From Eukaryota sp. GEM-RC1 (taxonomy: Eukaryota): a stretch of 64,000 nt of DNA. The stretch spans positions 1,798,001-1,862,000 of the forward strand of contig JAUFOQ010000003.1 in assembly GCA_040285855.1 (NCBI GenBank), read 5' to 3'. Of the stretch, positions 11,800-23,995 are shown piece after piece. The position numbers were made by a program, and so were the translations under genes. Below the pieces are notes generated by a model. It had not been told where the DNA came from. It did not search any database and saw nothing but the letters and a program-made list of their open reading frames with translations. How positions within the stretch are numbered: position 1 is the first letter of the stretch; each line of letters begins with the position of its first letter.

Positions 11800-13140
11800 A
11801 TGCCTTACACTCCGTCTAAATTAGAGAGACTCAAGGAAACCCTTCGCTTAGAAAACGAGAAGACGCGACTTGAGAATCGTATTCCCATGGTTTCGCCTAA
11901 AACTCCGATCTCTCAAGTATCTGGCAAATCTACTCCTGTGACATCCATCTCATCCACTCCAACATCACAAGTTTCTTCTTCACTTCCGGTTTTGGTTCAA
12001 AAAAGCAATACTCCCACAATCCTACCACCGCGGATCTCACCTTCGGAGGGCAGTGCCAACTCTATATTACCCATCGTCGCTCCTTCTCCCAAGAAATCTC
12101 TTCCCAACCCTTCTGATGACCTCTATGATTTCATTGCTCAATGTGAGAAAAAACGACAAGAAAAGGCTGAAAAGGCCAAGCTCCAGCGCAAGCTCCAACA
12201 GCAAGCTGAATATCGTAAAGAACTTGAACGTCACCAACAACTTCGTCAAAAGTCCCTTGAAAAAACGAAGATGGAGGAACTACAACAAGAAGTTGAAGCT
12301 CTCAAACACGCCCAATCTACCTCTGTTCAACGTCCTAAACCTGCTCATCGAAACAAACGATCATCTGATCTACTAAAGGATGTTACTCATCAATTGGATG
12401 ACCAGGTCTGTCAGAAGAAGATTGAAAGGAAGAAACAAATTGAGAGGGAAAAACAGGAGTTAGCGTTAATGCAGCAACAGCTACAACAAGAGTATGAAAT
12501 GGCTGAACGAAAGAAGAAAGAAAACGTGTGTAAGTATAGAAATGAATTGGATAAGCAGATGAAGGAAAAGAAGACTGTTAGTAGTATTAAGGAGGATCAG
12601 GTTGAATCTGATGAGTTCGTTAACAGGATTGAGCGGAATCATGAAGAATCTCTGGCGAAACAACGGAAACAATTTGAAAAATGGAATAAGATTTCATCTA
12701 CTTTGGAACCAATATTTGAGAAACTTTCACCTCAGAGTCATCAACGACTATCTGATTGGGCTCAAATGTCTGTGAATCATCGTAAGAATATTCAAAAATT
12801 CATTTGTCAAAAAGAAGCCCAAGCTAAGCAACAAAAGATTGAACAACAAAAACAAATGTTGTCTGTACTAAACGATCAAGTTCAAGAGCTTCAAAAGCGT
12901 AAGACACGTGTTCTAGAGGAAGAGCTTCACTATGGAATCAAAGTCGACCGTGATATTAAATTGGATAAGGAAATGTGTGAGAAGAAGAAGGCATTGGAGA
13001 TTGAAAAGAAGAGGCAGCAGAAGGCAGCGTTGGAACATCAAATTGAGGAGAAGAAGAAGCTTGCTGAGGGAAATGTGTCAATGGAAGAATTGAAAATTAA
13101 TCAACGGTATGTAAGAGAATTAATGCAAGATGCGGTTTAA
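11800..13140 (+). CDS. Coiled-coil protein with Ser/Pro-rich N-terminus (possibly cytoskeletal/flagellar)
   Basis: First ATG at 11800 in a 457-codon ORF; E/K/Q-rich helical composition. Confidence 0.7.
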   Translation: MPYTPSKLERLKETLRLENEKTRLENRIPMVSPKTPISQVSGKSTPVTSISSTPTSQVSSSLPVLVQKSNTPTILPPRISPSEGSANSILPIVAPSPKKSLPNPSDDLYDFIAQCEKKRQEKAEKAKLQRKLQQQAEYRKELERHQQLRQKSLEKTKMEELQQEVEALKHAQSTSVQRPKPAHRNKRSSDLLKDVTHQLDDQVCQKKIERKKQIEREKQELALMQQQLQQEYEMAERKKKENVCKYRNELDKQMKEKKTVSSIKEDQVESDEFVNRIERNHEESLAKQRKQFEKWNKISSTLEPIFEKLSPQSHQRLSDWAQMSVNHRKNIQKFICQKEAQAKQQKIEQQKQMLSVLNDQVQELQKRKTRVLEEELHYGIKVDRDIKLDKEMCEKKKALEIEKKRQQKAALEHQIEEKKKLAEGNVSMEELKINQRYVRELMQDAV

Positions 13141-13803
13141 TGAGAGGATGTTTATCTCATTGTATAATATTTTAGTATGGGCTTCAAGAACTTTTTTTTC
13201 TGATTTTTAATTCTTGTAATAAAATCAGTTGTTAGCATAGGGATTTGTAAGGAATGAAAACGAAATCGTTGTGATAGAAAGATTTACAATTGAGTTATTT
13301 TTGTAATTCTACTCTCAACATTGTCAGAACTCATTGTCTCAGTTCAAAGCAATCGACAAATGTACAGTATTACTTCAAATTCTTGAAATATTTAAAATGT
13401 CCAAGGGTGCCCATTCGTCTATGAAGGAAACCCATTTAAAAATATTGATTATTTTATAAAAGTATTTCGAAAGTACTTTTTATAACGAAAAAAATTGATC
13501 TCCGTATCCATAAAGATTCGAAGCTTTGCCAAGACTGTGTTCTTTTTGGCTGAAAATTTTATTATTCAGATGAAAACACTCTTTTTAAAATGTGGTGTTA
13601 CCTTTAAAACATGTCGAAAATAGAAATAGCAATAGCAAATGAAACAAATACAAATTTTGATTAGCAACATCTTTGGTGTGCACAGTTTGTTATTTTACCA
13701 ATATAATGTCTCTAACCGAAAAGTGATATCAACATTGAGTTTTGGGAAAAAGTTAACCCATTTTGCAGTCGAACTGCTGCACCAAACAATTTAACTGGTG
13801 CTA

Positions 13804-14279
13804 CACTCTTCACAGCAATGGGTCTGAATTAAAAAGTGGTCTGAATCACTTATTAGTCTGAATCAGACAAATTATTGTTTGACCAAGTTGGGAGTGTCCA
13901 TTATTCAGTGAAACTATGTTGTACATCCTTTTTTTACTATTCTTCCTAGACACTATGGTTGAATTCCCATATACAGCTCGTGTCATCCACTATTGGCACT
14001 TGTTTGAAAAATATCAATTCGGTCCGTAATCAAGTTTGAAGAGGAATTTGGACGGCGGATCATTCCTGTTTCTGGATTTCTCCGGTCTTATACCTCTATT
14101 TAAGGTGCCAACAACGATCCTGATGTAATACATAACATTTATGAAGACATAACATGGTTTCATGATCAAATAATTATTGAGTTTGTGATATTTGTTCAGT
14201 CTAATATTGTTATTTGTTTGGTACTGTTTCGATGGATATTCATAATTAGTCTGATTCAGAGTAATTGTTGTGAAGAGTG
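13804..14279. mobile_element. Tc1/mariner-type MITE inserted in a dispersed repeat
   Basis: TIR CACTCTTCACA(G/A)CAAT, TA TSD; paralogous empty site at 19745-19760. Confidence 0.88.
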
Positions 14280-14545
14280 TACATGTTTGAGAGTGTTTCC
14301 ATTGTGCATATGATTTGTTTTGTCACTTTGTAGAAATCTTTTTTTTTCAATGAAATTTTATTTGCGGCAACTAAATTTAACAAGGTCTATGACAAAATAA
14401 ACTAAACGTGGTCAGAATATCTGGCAATCAACTCAACAAAGCCAAATTCGACAAAGTACAAGCAAAGAACGAAGAATTACTGTACTAAAATCAGAATGGG
14501 AATGGAGCATAATGAGGTGCGTTTACCCAGAGTCTAAAATATCAA

Positions 14546-15601
14546 CTAATTGAAAACATCTAACGCCTGGTGCACTGCTGGTGGAATTGCCTGGTCATAT
14601 GAAGCCATCATAGTATCAATTTTTTTTTGATCGATTGACGTCTCCCTCATAAGAAAATGGTCAACATGCCGTAGATACACAGATTCTTCATCTTTGAGAA
14701 ATGCGTTCAGCTCATAGCAATAATCCCACAGCAATTCCGTTCGATCCTCTGGTTTAGCAGCGTGTAACGTGTCTAAAGTGGTTTTAAGAGTATGAATACG
14801 TTCTTGATACAGTTTCAATGGACGAAACTCATGAGTGATACGTCCAAGAGCAACAGGAAAGGAATGAATACTGTAGGCAAACTTTAAGTAGAAGGAATGA
14901 ACATAGTTACTGAAGAACTCGAGCAATTGGCTGAACTCGAATGGGTTATCTTCATAAAATGACTCCGCAATATTCAGGACTTTATGGATAACTGACAAAC
15001 ACTGCATCATTCTGGACGACACGTAGGAGGTAGCAATTGGAACTGTGGGGGGAACCTTGGTGTAGGTGAGATCAATGTTGGGGTCAAAGTCAGGGCGATT
15101 GGCAAAGTCAGTGTAAACTTTTTCCACGAAAGCCTCTGTAGCACGAACCTTTGGTGTTATATAAGACATGATGCGTTTTTGCAACATTTTAAGATCAAAA
15201 TCACCTATGAACAGCATGAGAGAAGGAAAAACCATGACTTCTTCAGCTGATCCATGTAGACCACTTAATGCTAAGTATTCATGCACCAATCGAAGGAAAA
15301 CATTAGCGTTCTTCTTATACTCTCCACACATTGCAGCATAAATAGACTTCAGTTGAGAGTGTTGATCTTTAATAGTCAGGACTCTGTCAACCAGAGGCGA
15401 CAGTTCGACGACAAAATCTGAGAGAGCCTCTTCTTCGCAATCACAGTGAAAAGAGAGGCAATAGTGTCCGATAAAGTCAAGATAAGGTTGAAGATCAGCA
15501 TTATTCCGAGGATATGATCGTAATAGATGCTGAAAAACGTCCATGGCTTTGTATATGACCAAATGCTGTCGCTTAAGTTCATCTGCGAGATCCAGATTCA
15601 T
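14546..15601 (-). CDS. Hemerythrin-like (HHE cation-binding) domain protein, copy 1
   Basis: ELKRQH..FHCDCEEE..KDQH..LHGSAEEVMVFP plus a degenerate second repeat; start set by comparison with copy 2. Confidence 0.75.
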   Translation of the reverse strand: MNLDLADELKRQHLVIYKAMDVFQHLLRSYPRNNADLQPYLDFIGHYCLSFHCDCEEEALSDFVVELSPLVDRVLTIKDQHSQLKSIYAAMCGEYKKNANVFLRLVHEYLALSGLHGSAEEVMVFPSLMLFIGDFDLKMLQKRIMSYITPKVRATEAFVEKVYTDFANRPDFDPNIDLTYTKVPPTVPIATSYVSSRMMQCLSVIHKVLNIAESFYEDNPFEFSQLLEFFSNYVHSFYLKFAYSIHSFPVALGRITHEFRPLKLYQERIHTLKTTLDTLHAAKPEDRTELLWDYCYELNAFLKDEESVYLRHVDHFLMRETSIDQKKIDTMMASYDQAIPPAVHQALDVFN

Positions 15602-15692
15602 CAGTGATTGGGAGATCAAGTTTTCTATTTTTGTTTGGTCGAATATCAAACACAGGTGTTTTAGTTCAAAACTTTCTGAGGGAGGTTGTTGC

Positions 15693-16651
15693 CAGAGGCT
15701 GTCAAAATTGAATTGGACTTCCAATTATTGCCAAGAAATTATTGTAATAATTGATTGGTGCCACTTACAGAATTGCCAATTAATTGCCAATTAACAGAGT
15801 TCACAAGAACACGAATTACAAGACTCGTTTTATTTGTAACACAGAATAAATATTTTAATCAGATTAGTGAGCTGAAAATTGGTAAGCATATTTCTGTTTC
15901 CCTTTTGACGACTTGTTTTGCGGCCAAAATCAAAATCAATCACTCTTTGCGCTCAATCAATCCTGAACTTACTATTGATTTAGCCAGAAAATTTAACTCT
16001 TTGAGACCTAAGTTCTTAAGTGATCTTGTAGAGGTTAATGACTCGAAATTGCCTTATCACGCGTTTTCATCAGCTAATTTTGGCGGTGTGGGTTTTTCTC
16101 GAGCTTCATACTTAACCAAAAATGTGTTTATTGGTGGAATGAAGAATTTTCTATTTGAATCTAAATCCCGATACGGCTTTTTGTTTAATGAAAATCTCAT
16201 TCAGTCTACTCCTTGGTTAGTTTCGTTAGTCCCAGTTATTGACGATTTGGATTTGGACACTTGGAATAGCTGTCTTCCTTCTCATTTACCCAGTATTCCT
16301 GAAAAATCTACATTGTCTCCCCCCTTATGTGTGGTCAAACTTCAGAATAAGCTTTTGAAGGCAATTGAAAACCTGGATTTTGAAAATCGTTTTAGTATTA
16401 CTAAAATTAATAATCCTGTTTTTGCTGCTTTCTTAAATGACATTAAGAATTCAACTTGTTTGAACACTCAACAACCACGTCCTTTTGGTTTGCATCTGTC
16501 TGATGAGGCTTGGAAATTAAATATGCGATTGCGTTTAGGTTTGTTTATATAAATTGGTTAATTGGGTTCAAATAATTGCAATTATTGCAATTATTGATTG
16601 GTACGTTTTGTGATGACAAATTCATTGCCAATTCAATTTTGACAGCCCCTG
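15693..16651. mobile_element. hAT-type non-autonomous element carrying a retrotransposon fragment
   Basis: TIR CAG(A/G)GGCTGTCAAAATTGAATTGG; perfect 8-bp TSD GTTGTTGC; internal ORF 15755..16552 (GGVGF..WKLNMRLRLGL) homologous to 18414-19040. Confidence 0.88.
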
Positions 16652-17126
16652 GTTGTTGCTCCCCCTCCTCCTTTTCAAGTGAACTTGAAAGTCATTGACC
16701 CTATATACGCACCATTGTTCTAATGGTAAATTACTCTGTTTTGCAGTGGGCACACGTCGTGAATTCTACAGTGTTTCCTTCAATTACTTCGTTAGTGTCT
16801 CTCATCGACACGTATTTCTAATATTACTTGTGTCATGGCAAAGGTTTTTTATTTCGCTAAACAATTTTGAAGCGGTACCCGTCACATCAACTCTGTTTCT
16901 TGTTTTCTCGGATCTGAAAACAGGATGAATGTGCTAGATCGTCATCAGTAATACGGTTAAGTAAATGAGTGATGATCAACATTTTTATCTCAACAGACTA
17001 GGTGGATTAATGATATTTAGATACACGTTCAACATCAGCTTTGTAATTTTTGCGATGAGCAATTATCTGGAAAACAACTCTATTCAAATTCCATGACTGT
17101 AAACCATAACTGAACAATGTTAAAGC

Positions 17127-17385
17127 TAGGGATGGCTTCCGGCCCACTTTTCACTTTCGGCCCGGACATGCCCTTCTGGCCGGCCGGCTTTGGCCCACTT
17201 TATTTCTGGGTCAGCCAGCTTTGGCCCAAATGCACGGAAGGAATATTTAGTCTCAGTTCAAAATTCTGTTTTGTGTCCTTTTCAACATTTTAGAGGCAAC
17301 TTTCGCCAGTAAAAATTGGTCTCAGTGTGACTAATTTATGAATTGAAACCAGGCTATGAATTAGTCTCACTGAGACTAACAGTTG
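17127..17385. mobile_element. Truncated hAT-like left end and MITE remnant
   Basis: TAGGGATG followed by repeated TT(C/T)GGCCC motifs; no matching right end found. Confidence 0.4.
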
Positions 17386-18399
17386 TCACCAATGTACTGG
17401 TTCAAACTGTGTAAATCGTTTGTGATTTGGTTTCTTGTTGGTTGTTTATGTTCACAAACTCTGTGCTGAATTGACTTCAACAATAGTTTATAGTAGATTC
17501 TTACCTAGAACTGCAATGTTATAATTCAACACATCAGGCAATATTAATCGCTTGCCGAAAATGTTGTACTGCAGCGTTTTCTTTAAAACGGAAGAAGGAG
17601 GAGCAGAAGCAAACAAACTAGGATCAAAAGCAGATTGTAATTGGATATAAGTATCTGTAGAGGAGATTATTTTTATTTGGTAAGAATTACTAGGTCAGGA
17701 CATGTATGAATACAAAGAGGTGGAAAAATCTAAAGACCAAAAGAAATCCAGGCTACAATTCATTAATTGCAAATAATTGAAATTAATTATATCTATAGTA
17801 TCAATACGATAACAGACAGTATTATCAATCAGCATTTGTATCTGTAGTTACTGGTATTGAATTCAGTAACGTTGTCTCATGCAAGTTGATTTGATACGGG
17901 TTCCGTTAGAGAACTCAAAGATTCTCCTAGTTACCCTAAGATGCTATTATGACTATAATGAACTAACAATCAATTCTATTGACTTGTTGAGTTTTTTGCT
18001 TTTTGAATATCATACACTAAGCACGTGTTGACTATATCGTTTGTTTGATACTGTTATTAATGCATGTGGCATATTGATGTATTGTTATATTTTTGTTCTA
18101 TTTATAATACAGTGTACAAGTAACATTACGAAATAGGGCATGTGGTCCTGTAATATATTGAAAACCAAGGTTTCGTCACTTCACCGTATAATAGGGTTCC
18201 AATACAAGCAGGTCCCAATACAAGCAAAAAAATGTGTTTGCTTGTATTATATATAAAGTTGCTTGTATTGGGACACCTACGATATGTGAAAATACAGTGC
18301 CTTCTTGTTGAATATTGGGGACGACGACATACTAGTAGTGTGGCTGACAAGAAACTATAAAATGAATTTAACTAAGTATTAAAGTTGAAATTGAAAAAC

Positions 18400-19385
18400 A
18401 CTTAAAATTCTTCATGCTCAAAATTTGTTATTTTGCAATAATTACTCATCTTTTAAGGTCCCTTGCTCCTGAGTTATCGTATGATTTCGGTAAAATTCGC
18501 ACAGACTTTCTTTCATTTCTTCTTCAAGTCAACCCCACCATTTCAAATAACCACACATTTTGCAGTCCGTATCTGGGAGGTTTGAGATTTTCAACTTCTA
18601 AACGGTTGACTAAAGGAGCCTTCATTGATGGTGGAAAGAATTTTGTATTCGAGAATTGTACTCTATTTCTATCAAAACTTTTCATCTCGAAAGTACTTGT
18701 AGCTTTTATCTTACTCATCTCCGTGGTGAAATAGGAAATGTTTCTCCTGAGTAATGGCCATCTTGTTTTCCTGTTGATATCAATGAAATTCCATGTCGAA
18801 ACGTTTTGTCTCTAAAGTTTGCTTTAAAAAAGCTACAAAATCATTTATTAAGGTTAAATATATTAGATTTTACCTCTGCTAAGGAAAAAAATCCAGCTTT
18901 CACAATTATTGTTATTGATTTAAAGGAGAGTTCTGCTGTGGCACTAATTAAACAAATTCCACAAGTACTTATATGGTTTATTATTAACTGGTCATCAATG
19001 GACCACTACAATGAGATTTCATTGTTGTTTATGGCCATATATAGTTTGCCAAATGATCTTCAATGTAGCTGTGGAAAACAATTAACGTTTTCTCGTTTGT
19101 TAAGTTGTAATCGCTACATAAGTTATCGAACGTGTATGCATGATGCTGTAAGAGACCAAATACATGCTAAGTGTAAGTCTTACAAAATTGAGTCATTTGT
19201 TTGAACCACTTCTAAGATAGAACCTAATAATAATTGTAATGACGAAAAACAGAACCATTTTTTGGTAAACGGAGAGCAGTTGTTATCCCTTCTTCTTCAG
19301 ACAAATTGTTTGTTGTCGATGTAGTGTCAGTAGAAGTTTGTAAAAAGACATCTTTAAAGAACGCTTACTCTGAAACTTCTTAAAC
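18400..19385 (+). mobile_element. Degenerate RLE non-LTR retrotransposon (post-RT region, zinc knuckle, endonuclease; family B)
   Basis: YLGGLRF, CSCGKQ..C..MHDAVRDQI..EP, VVDVVSVEVCK; frameshifts and stops. Confidence 0.72.
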
Positions 19386-19539
19386 AACTTTGTCATAATT
19401 GATTTACAAAATTTAGGCATCGCGGAACAAAGAACAAATCAAACGGTTGTGCCAAATTGATAAGTTAAATCTCTTAGTCTGAGACTTATACATAGATCCA
19501 AAATCAGTTAAAAACTGAGAAGCCTTTTCACCAATACTA

Positions 19540-19800
19540 CCAAAAATAGAAATAGCAAATGAAACAAATACAAATTTTGATTAGCAACATCTTTGGAGTA
19601 CATATTAATTTTACGTTTTTCATTTTGTTGTTTTACCATTATACTAGTAATGTCTCAAACCGAAAAGTGATATCAACGTTGAGTTTTGGGGAAAATGCTG
19701 ACCTGTTTTGCAGTCGAAGTAATACACCAAACAATTTAACTTGTGCTACATATTTGAGAGTGATTCCCTTGTGCATATGATTTGTTTTGTCACTTTGTAG
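19540..19800. repeat. Dispersed repeat (empty-site copy of 13620-13803 + 14280-14335)
   Basis: High nucleotide similarity to both flanks of the 13804-14279 MITE. Confidence 0.8.
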
Positions 19801-20485
19801 AATTCAGAATCGAAAGTTCGTTCTTTCACTGAAAATCTCTGGTAAGTGTACGAATTCCAGGAGTAATCGTAACTCTGAGTATTCCAGGAATTACTGTAGT
19901 AATCGTAATTGTATGAATTGCAACAACCCAGTAATTGAAGTAATTGAAGCAAAAATCTGTCTTTTTCCTCTTTCAATGTCTTCCAGTGTTACTTATCTAA
20001 CCTCCGCTTATACTGGCATTCACAGTCAGCAAAAGACAGATTTTTGCTTACATGTTCAACAGTCCTTGCTGATTTTGATACATTCTCACTTGTTGAAGCT
20101 TCGTCTCCAGACTTCGCTTGAATTGCACCATGATGCACCAGGTCTACGTCTTCTTAGTTTAAAGCAAGAGTAGTTTTCTTTCTTTGATAATGTTGGCTTT
20201 GTAAGCCATTGTTTTTTTTTGAATCTGCTTTTCTAGCAGCCAAGATCTTTCTTCAAACAACGACCTTCCATTTAGTTTTTGAAGATCTTTCTCCACTGTT
20301 TTCATTTGCTTCTCTTTTTGGAACAGAGATTCAGTCTGCTTTTCTGTACATTTACGATTTCGATCAAGTTTATGAATTGCTTAGAATCTCTCAGGACTGG
20401 AAATTTCATTAGAGAATCTAAAGGACTTGGAGTTTGTGAACAAGTCTTCTGTTTACTTTCCTCGTCTTAAACAACTTCATTTTAC

Positions 20486-21629
20486 GTGTACATCCTTCTA
20501 TTTCCATTAATCGAATTATTGAAAGAAAATACAACAGCGACAAGTATTGATCTGTGTGAAAATTGCATCGGAGATGAAGGTGCTTTAGCATTGGCGGATG
20601 TGCTAAAAGTTAATACTACGTTGACAAGTCTGAATCTGAGTGAAAACGCTATTGAAGCTGAAGGGATTAACGCATTGGCAGAAGCATTAACAGTGAATAC
20701 GACAGTTACAAGCATTGATCTGGGTTTCAACTCTATTGGAAATGAAGGTGCTAACCAATTGGCAGAAGCAACATTAACAACTATTAATCTCTTTAGCACT
20801 TCCATTGGAGATGAAGGTGCTAGAGATTTGGCACAGGCTTTAAAACTCAATACTACATTAACAAATATCAATCTGGGAGAAAATATTATTGGATCTGACG
20901 GTGCTAGGGGATTGGCAGAATCATTAAAACTCAATACTACATTAACAAGTGTTGATCTTTGTGGGAACACTATCAGAGCTGAAGGTGCTAGAGCATTGGA
21001 ATGGCTTGAAAATCAATGCTACAGTAAGCGCTCTAGACTTGGGTTGCAATGACATAGGAGTTGAAGGAGCTTCAGCGCTGTCGGAGGCGTTAAACACTAA
21101 CACAACAGTTACAAGTGTTAATCTGAGTTACAACTCTATTGAAAATGAAGGCGCTACAATTATAGCAAATACATTAAAACTCAATACTACGGTGTCAAGT
21201 GTTGATCTGAGCGGAAACTATTTCACGGTAGAAGGTGCTAGAGTATTGGCACATGCGTTCAAAGTTAATGAGTCAGTAACAGTTATTAATCTGAGTTACA
21301 ACTCCTTTGGATATGAAGGTGCTAAAGCATTAGCAGAGGTGTTAAAATTCAATGAATCGGTGACAAATATTGATCTGAGTTACAACTCCATTGGAGATGA
21401 AGGTGCTAAAGCATTAGCAGAGGTGCTAAAAGTAAACGGTGTATTGAAACGTGTAGATCTGAGTGGAAATGTTTTTGGTGATGAAGGTGTTATGGCCTTG
21501 GCAGATACGTTGAAGATCAATACGATATTGACAACTGTTAATCTGAGTTACAACTCCATTGGAGAGGAAGGTGCTAAGGTATTAACCGAGGTGTTAAAAA
21601 TCAATAGTAATGTTAAAGTATTTCTCTAA
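20486..21629 (+). CDS. Ribonuclease-inhibitor/NLRC3-like leucine-rich repeat protein (28-aa repeats); 1-nt shift near 21000
   Basis: Repeated NTTLTSLNLSxNxIGDEGAxALAEAL units across ORFs 20486..21052 and 20949..21629. Confidence 0.88.
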
Positions 21630-21788
21630 ATTTTTCCCAGTTCCTTGAACCTCAAAACTCCACTAAATACTTGTCTATTTTTCAACGTTTAATGAAGTTT
21701 TAATAAACTTCTGTGTGGGTTGCTTTCACCTCATAATTTGACGGCTGGAATGAGAACTCATATTTGGTTAAGTCCATAGAATTGTACT

Positions 21789-23320
21789 TAGACCTGTGCA
21801 ATCGACTCAGATAGTCGACTAAGTCGACTCCGCTACATCAGTCGACTCATGTCATATATTACAGCAATTTGTGTATTTAGTGTGGATAAAGAATTAGTGT
21901 GGATTTTAATTAGTGTGGTCCACACTAATTCTAATTTTCTTGCTTTTTTATAGTGTTAATTTTGGACTTAATTAGTGTGGATTTTATTATTCTATCAATG
22001 ATGTGTGAAAATAAGACCTGAAGGCACCAATAGTAAACTGATAAACTCTTCTCCTATTCAACATTTTTTAACATGGTACTAGGCCTGGAAAACATGAATG
22101 CAAAAAGATTTATCTGCCCCCAACACCACCACTACTACAACCCGCAGATTCTTTTGCCATTTCAAAAATCAAGGCAAAATGATTAAAGAAATGGAACACT
22201 AAGAAAAGAGAATTGATAAACAACCGCAGTTCTTCTAGATCGGGAAGGGTTAGACATCCTGGAAAACAATTCTTTCTTGAATTAGCTGAAGAATGTATCA
22301 ATGAAGTCAATGCAGAAGTTGACTATAATGGTATTTCATATGCTCGTACAGCCATGGTTTGAGCTTGAACACAACTGGTCGCCTGATTAATTTAATAACG
22401 CAGTAAACGATTTGTTGTAATAGTGAATTAGAATTGTCACATTGGTAGTAAATAAAAAGAATATTGAAAGAACTTCTATAGATTTGTAGTGTTCCAAGAA
22501 TATACACAACACCAACTACAGTTATAATAACGCCGTTTTAAAACATATTTCAATCCACACTAAATCTTTTTTCAGAAAATTAGTGTGGTCCACACTATTT
22601 TTATTAAATTATAATTAGTGTGGATTATAATTAGTGTGGTCCACACTAATTCTAATTTCTACGAGCTGAAAAATGCAATGAAAATTAGTGTGGTCCACAC
22701 TAATTAAACCAAATGCTGTACATTGTAGTACCACTAATTCCAATTCCAATTCCATGTGGCGATGAACTTTCTCAATACTTCAGTGATCCACTGGCCGTCA
22801 TAAACCAATCCGGTTCTTTGGTGGCACCAAAGTAAAGGCCGCTATCCAATTCTCCGTAATTTGGTTGAAGAATTTTTGGCAATTCAGACGACCTCAGTAC
22901 CATGTAAGCGCCTCTCTTCTCAAAAAATAGGTTATATAGTTTCAAGCAAGCGTTGTCCATTGAGTGACGAAAATATTAGAGCATCTGCATGTTTGCAGTC
23001 ATGGAGCATCTTTCTTGGTGATGAATTTGGTTATAGCTACTTCAGTACTTATACACTTTATTTGTGATGATCTACTAATAGCTTTTCCTATAAAAATGTC
23101 CTGCATTTTGCCCGTTTTATAGACGAATGAATTTCAATGAGTGGGCTATAGTTACTGTCGTTACTCAATAGTCGACTCGAGTCGACTCAAAGCCGAGTCG
23201 AGTCGACTCAGATAAATAATTAGTCGAGTCGAGTCGACTACACGATTCGTAGAGCCGAGTCGAGTCGACTCAGATAAATTTCTAGTCGAGTCGAGTTGAG
23301 TCGAGTCGTGCACAGGTCTA
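21789..23320 (+). mobile_element. hAT deletion derivative with transposase dimerisation-domain remnant
   Basis: TIR TAGACCTGTGCA; near-TSD ATTGTACT/ATGTACT; GTCGACTC subterminal arrays; 22760-23010 reads ELSQY..PVLWW..YPIL..FLAIQTTSVPC..KRCPLSDENI..CLQSW. Confidence 0.88.
21862..22718. mobile_element. Tc1/mariner-type MITE nested in the hAT element
   Basis: Imperfect TIR CAGCA(A)TTTG..TTAGTGTGGA, TA on both sides, AATTAGTGTGGTCCACACTAATT palindromes at both ends. Confidence 0.75.
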
Positions 23321-23542
23321 ATGTACTCATTATTACTGAGGCTTCAACATTGTACATATCTGAAACCATACCTGGAAAATACAAGTGGAAAAAAGGAACA
23401 TAGGAAGGGTTTCGATCACACGTTTTTATTCATGATCAAATAACTTAATGGACAATCATCGTCAGACGAATATCAAACATAAGTTCTTTATTGCAATTCA
23501 GAAAATAATTGTTACACTGTATGATCCTCCCCCAACACAGGT

Positions 23543-23995
23543 TCACTCGGGGGGTATTGTTTCTTCAAGGTACGGGAATTGTGTTACCATTGAACCTTTA
23601 GACCAAGACATAAACACTGTAGCGCTTTCAGCATTAATTGAAACACACCTTTCGCTCAAGACATCATCTAAACTGGAAAGCAAAGTACATTTAATAGCAT
23701 CGATAGTTACAGTCATGTCTCCCAAAATAAGAGGATCAGATCCTTTGAAGAAAAACGGACATTACCAGTCATCTGTTGTAATAGTACCAATTGACAACTC
23801 AAGAGAAAAAATCAGCCAATGTCCAAAGCATCTTCCAGCGCTCTAGCACCTTCATCTCCAATAGAGTTTTGAGTCAGATCAATTAGGGCAACTGTAGTAT
23901 TAACTGTGAATGCCTCTGCCAATTCTCTTGTACCTTTATTTCCAATAGGGTTTATCCACAGATCAATATGTGTAAGTGTATCATTGCTTTTTAAC
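23543..23995 (-). pseudogene. LRR protein fragment
   Basis: NDTLTHIDLWINPIGNKGTRELAEAFTVNTTVALIDLTQNSIGDEGARAL followed by stops. Confidence 0.65.

Noticed and set aside
15602..15724. N-terminal extension of hemerythrin copy 1 (ORF 14546..15724)
   Set aside because: The extension starts inside the hAT TIR, and the paralog has a stop in this frame upstream of MNLDL.
23170..23310. GTCGACTC arrays or the 69-bp repeats as a CRISPR array
   Set aside because: No unique constant-length spacers; these are hAT subterminal repeats and a coding tandem repeat in a eukaryotic context.
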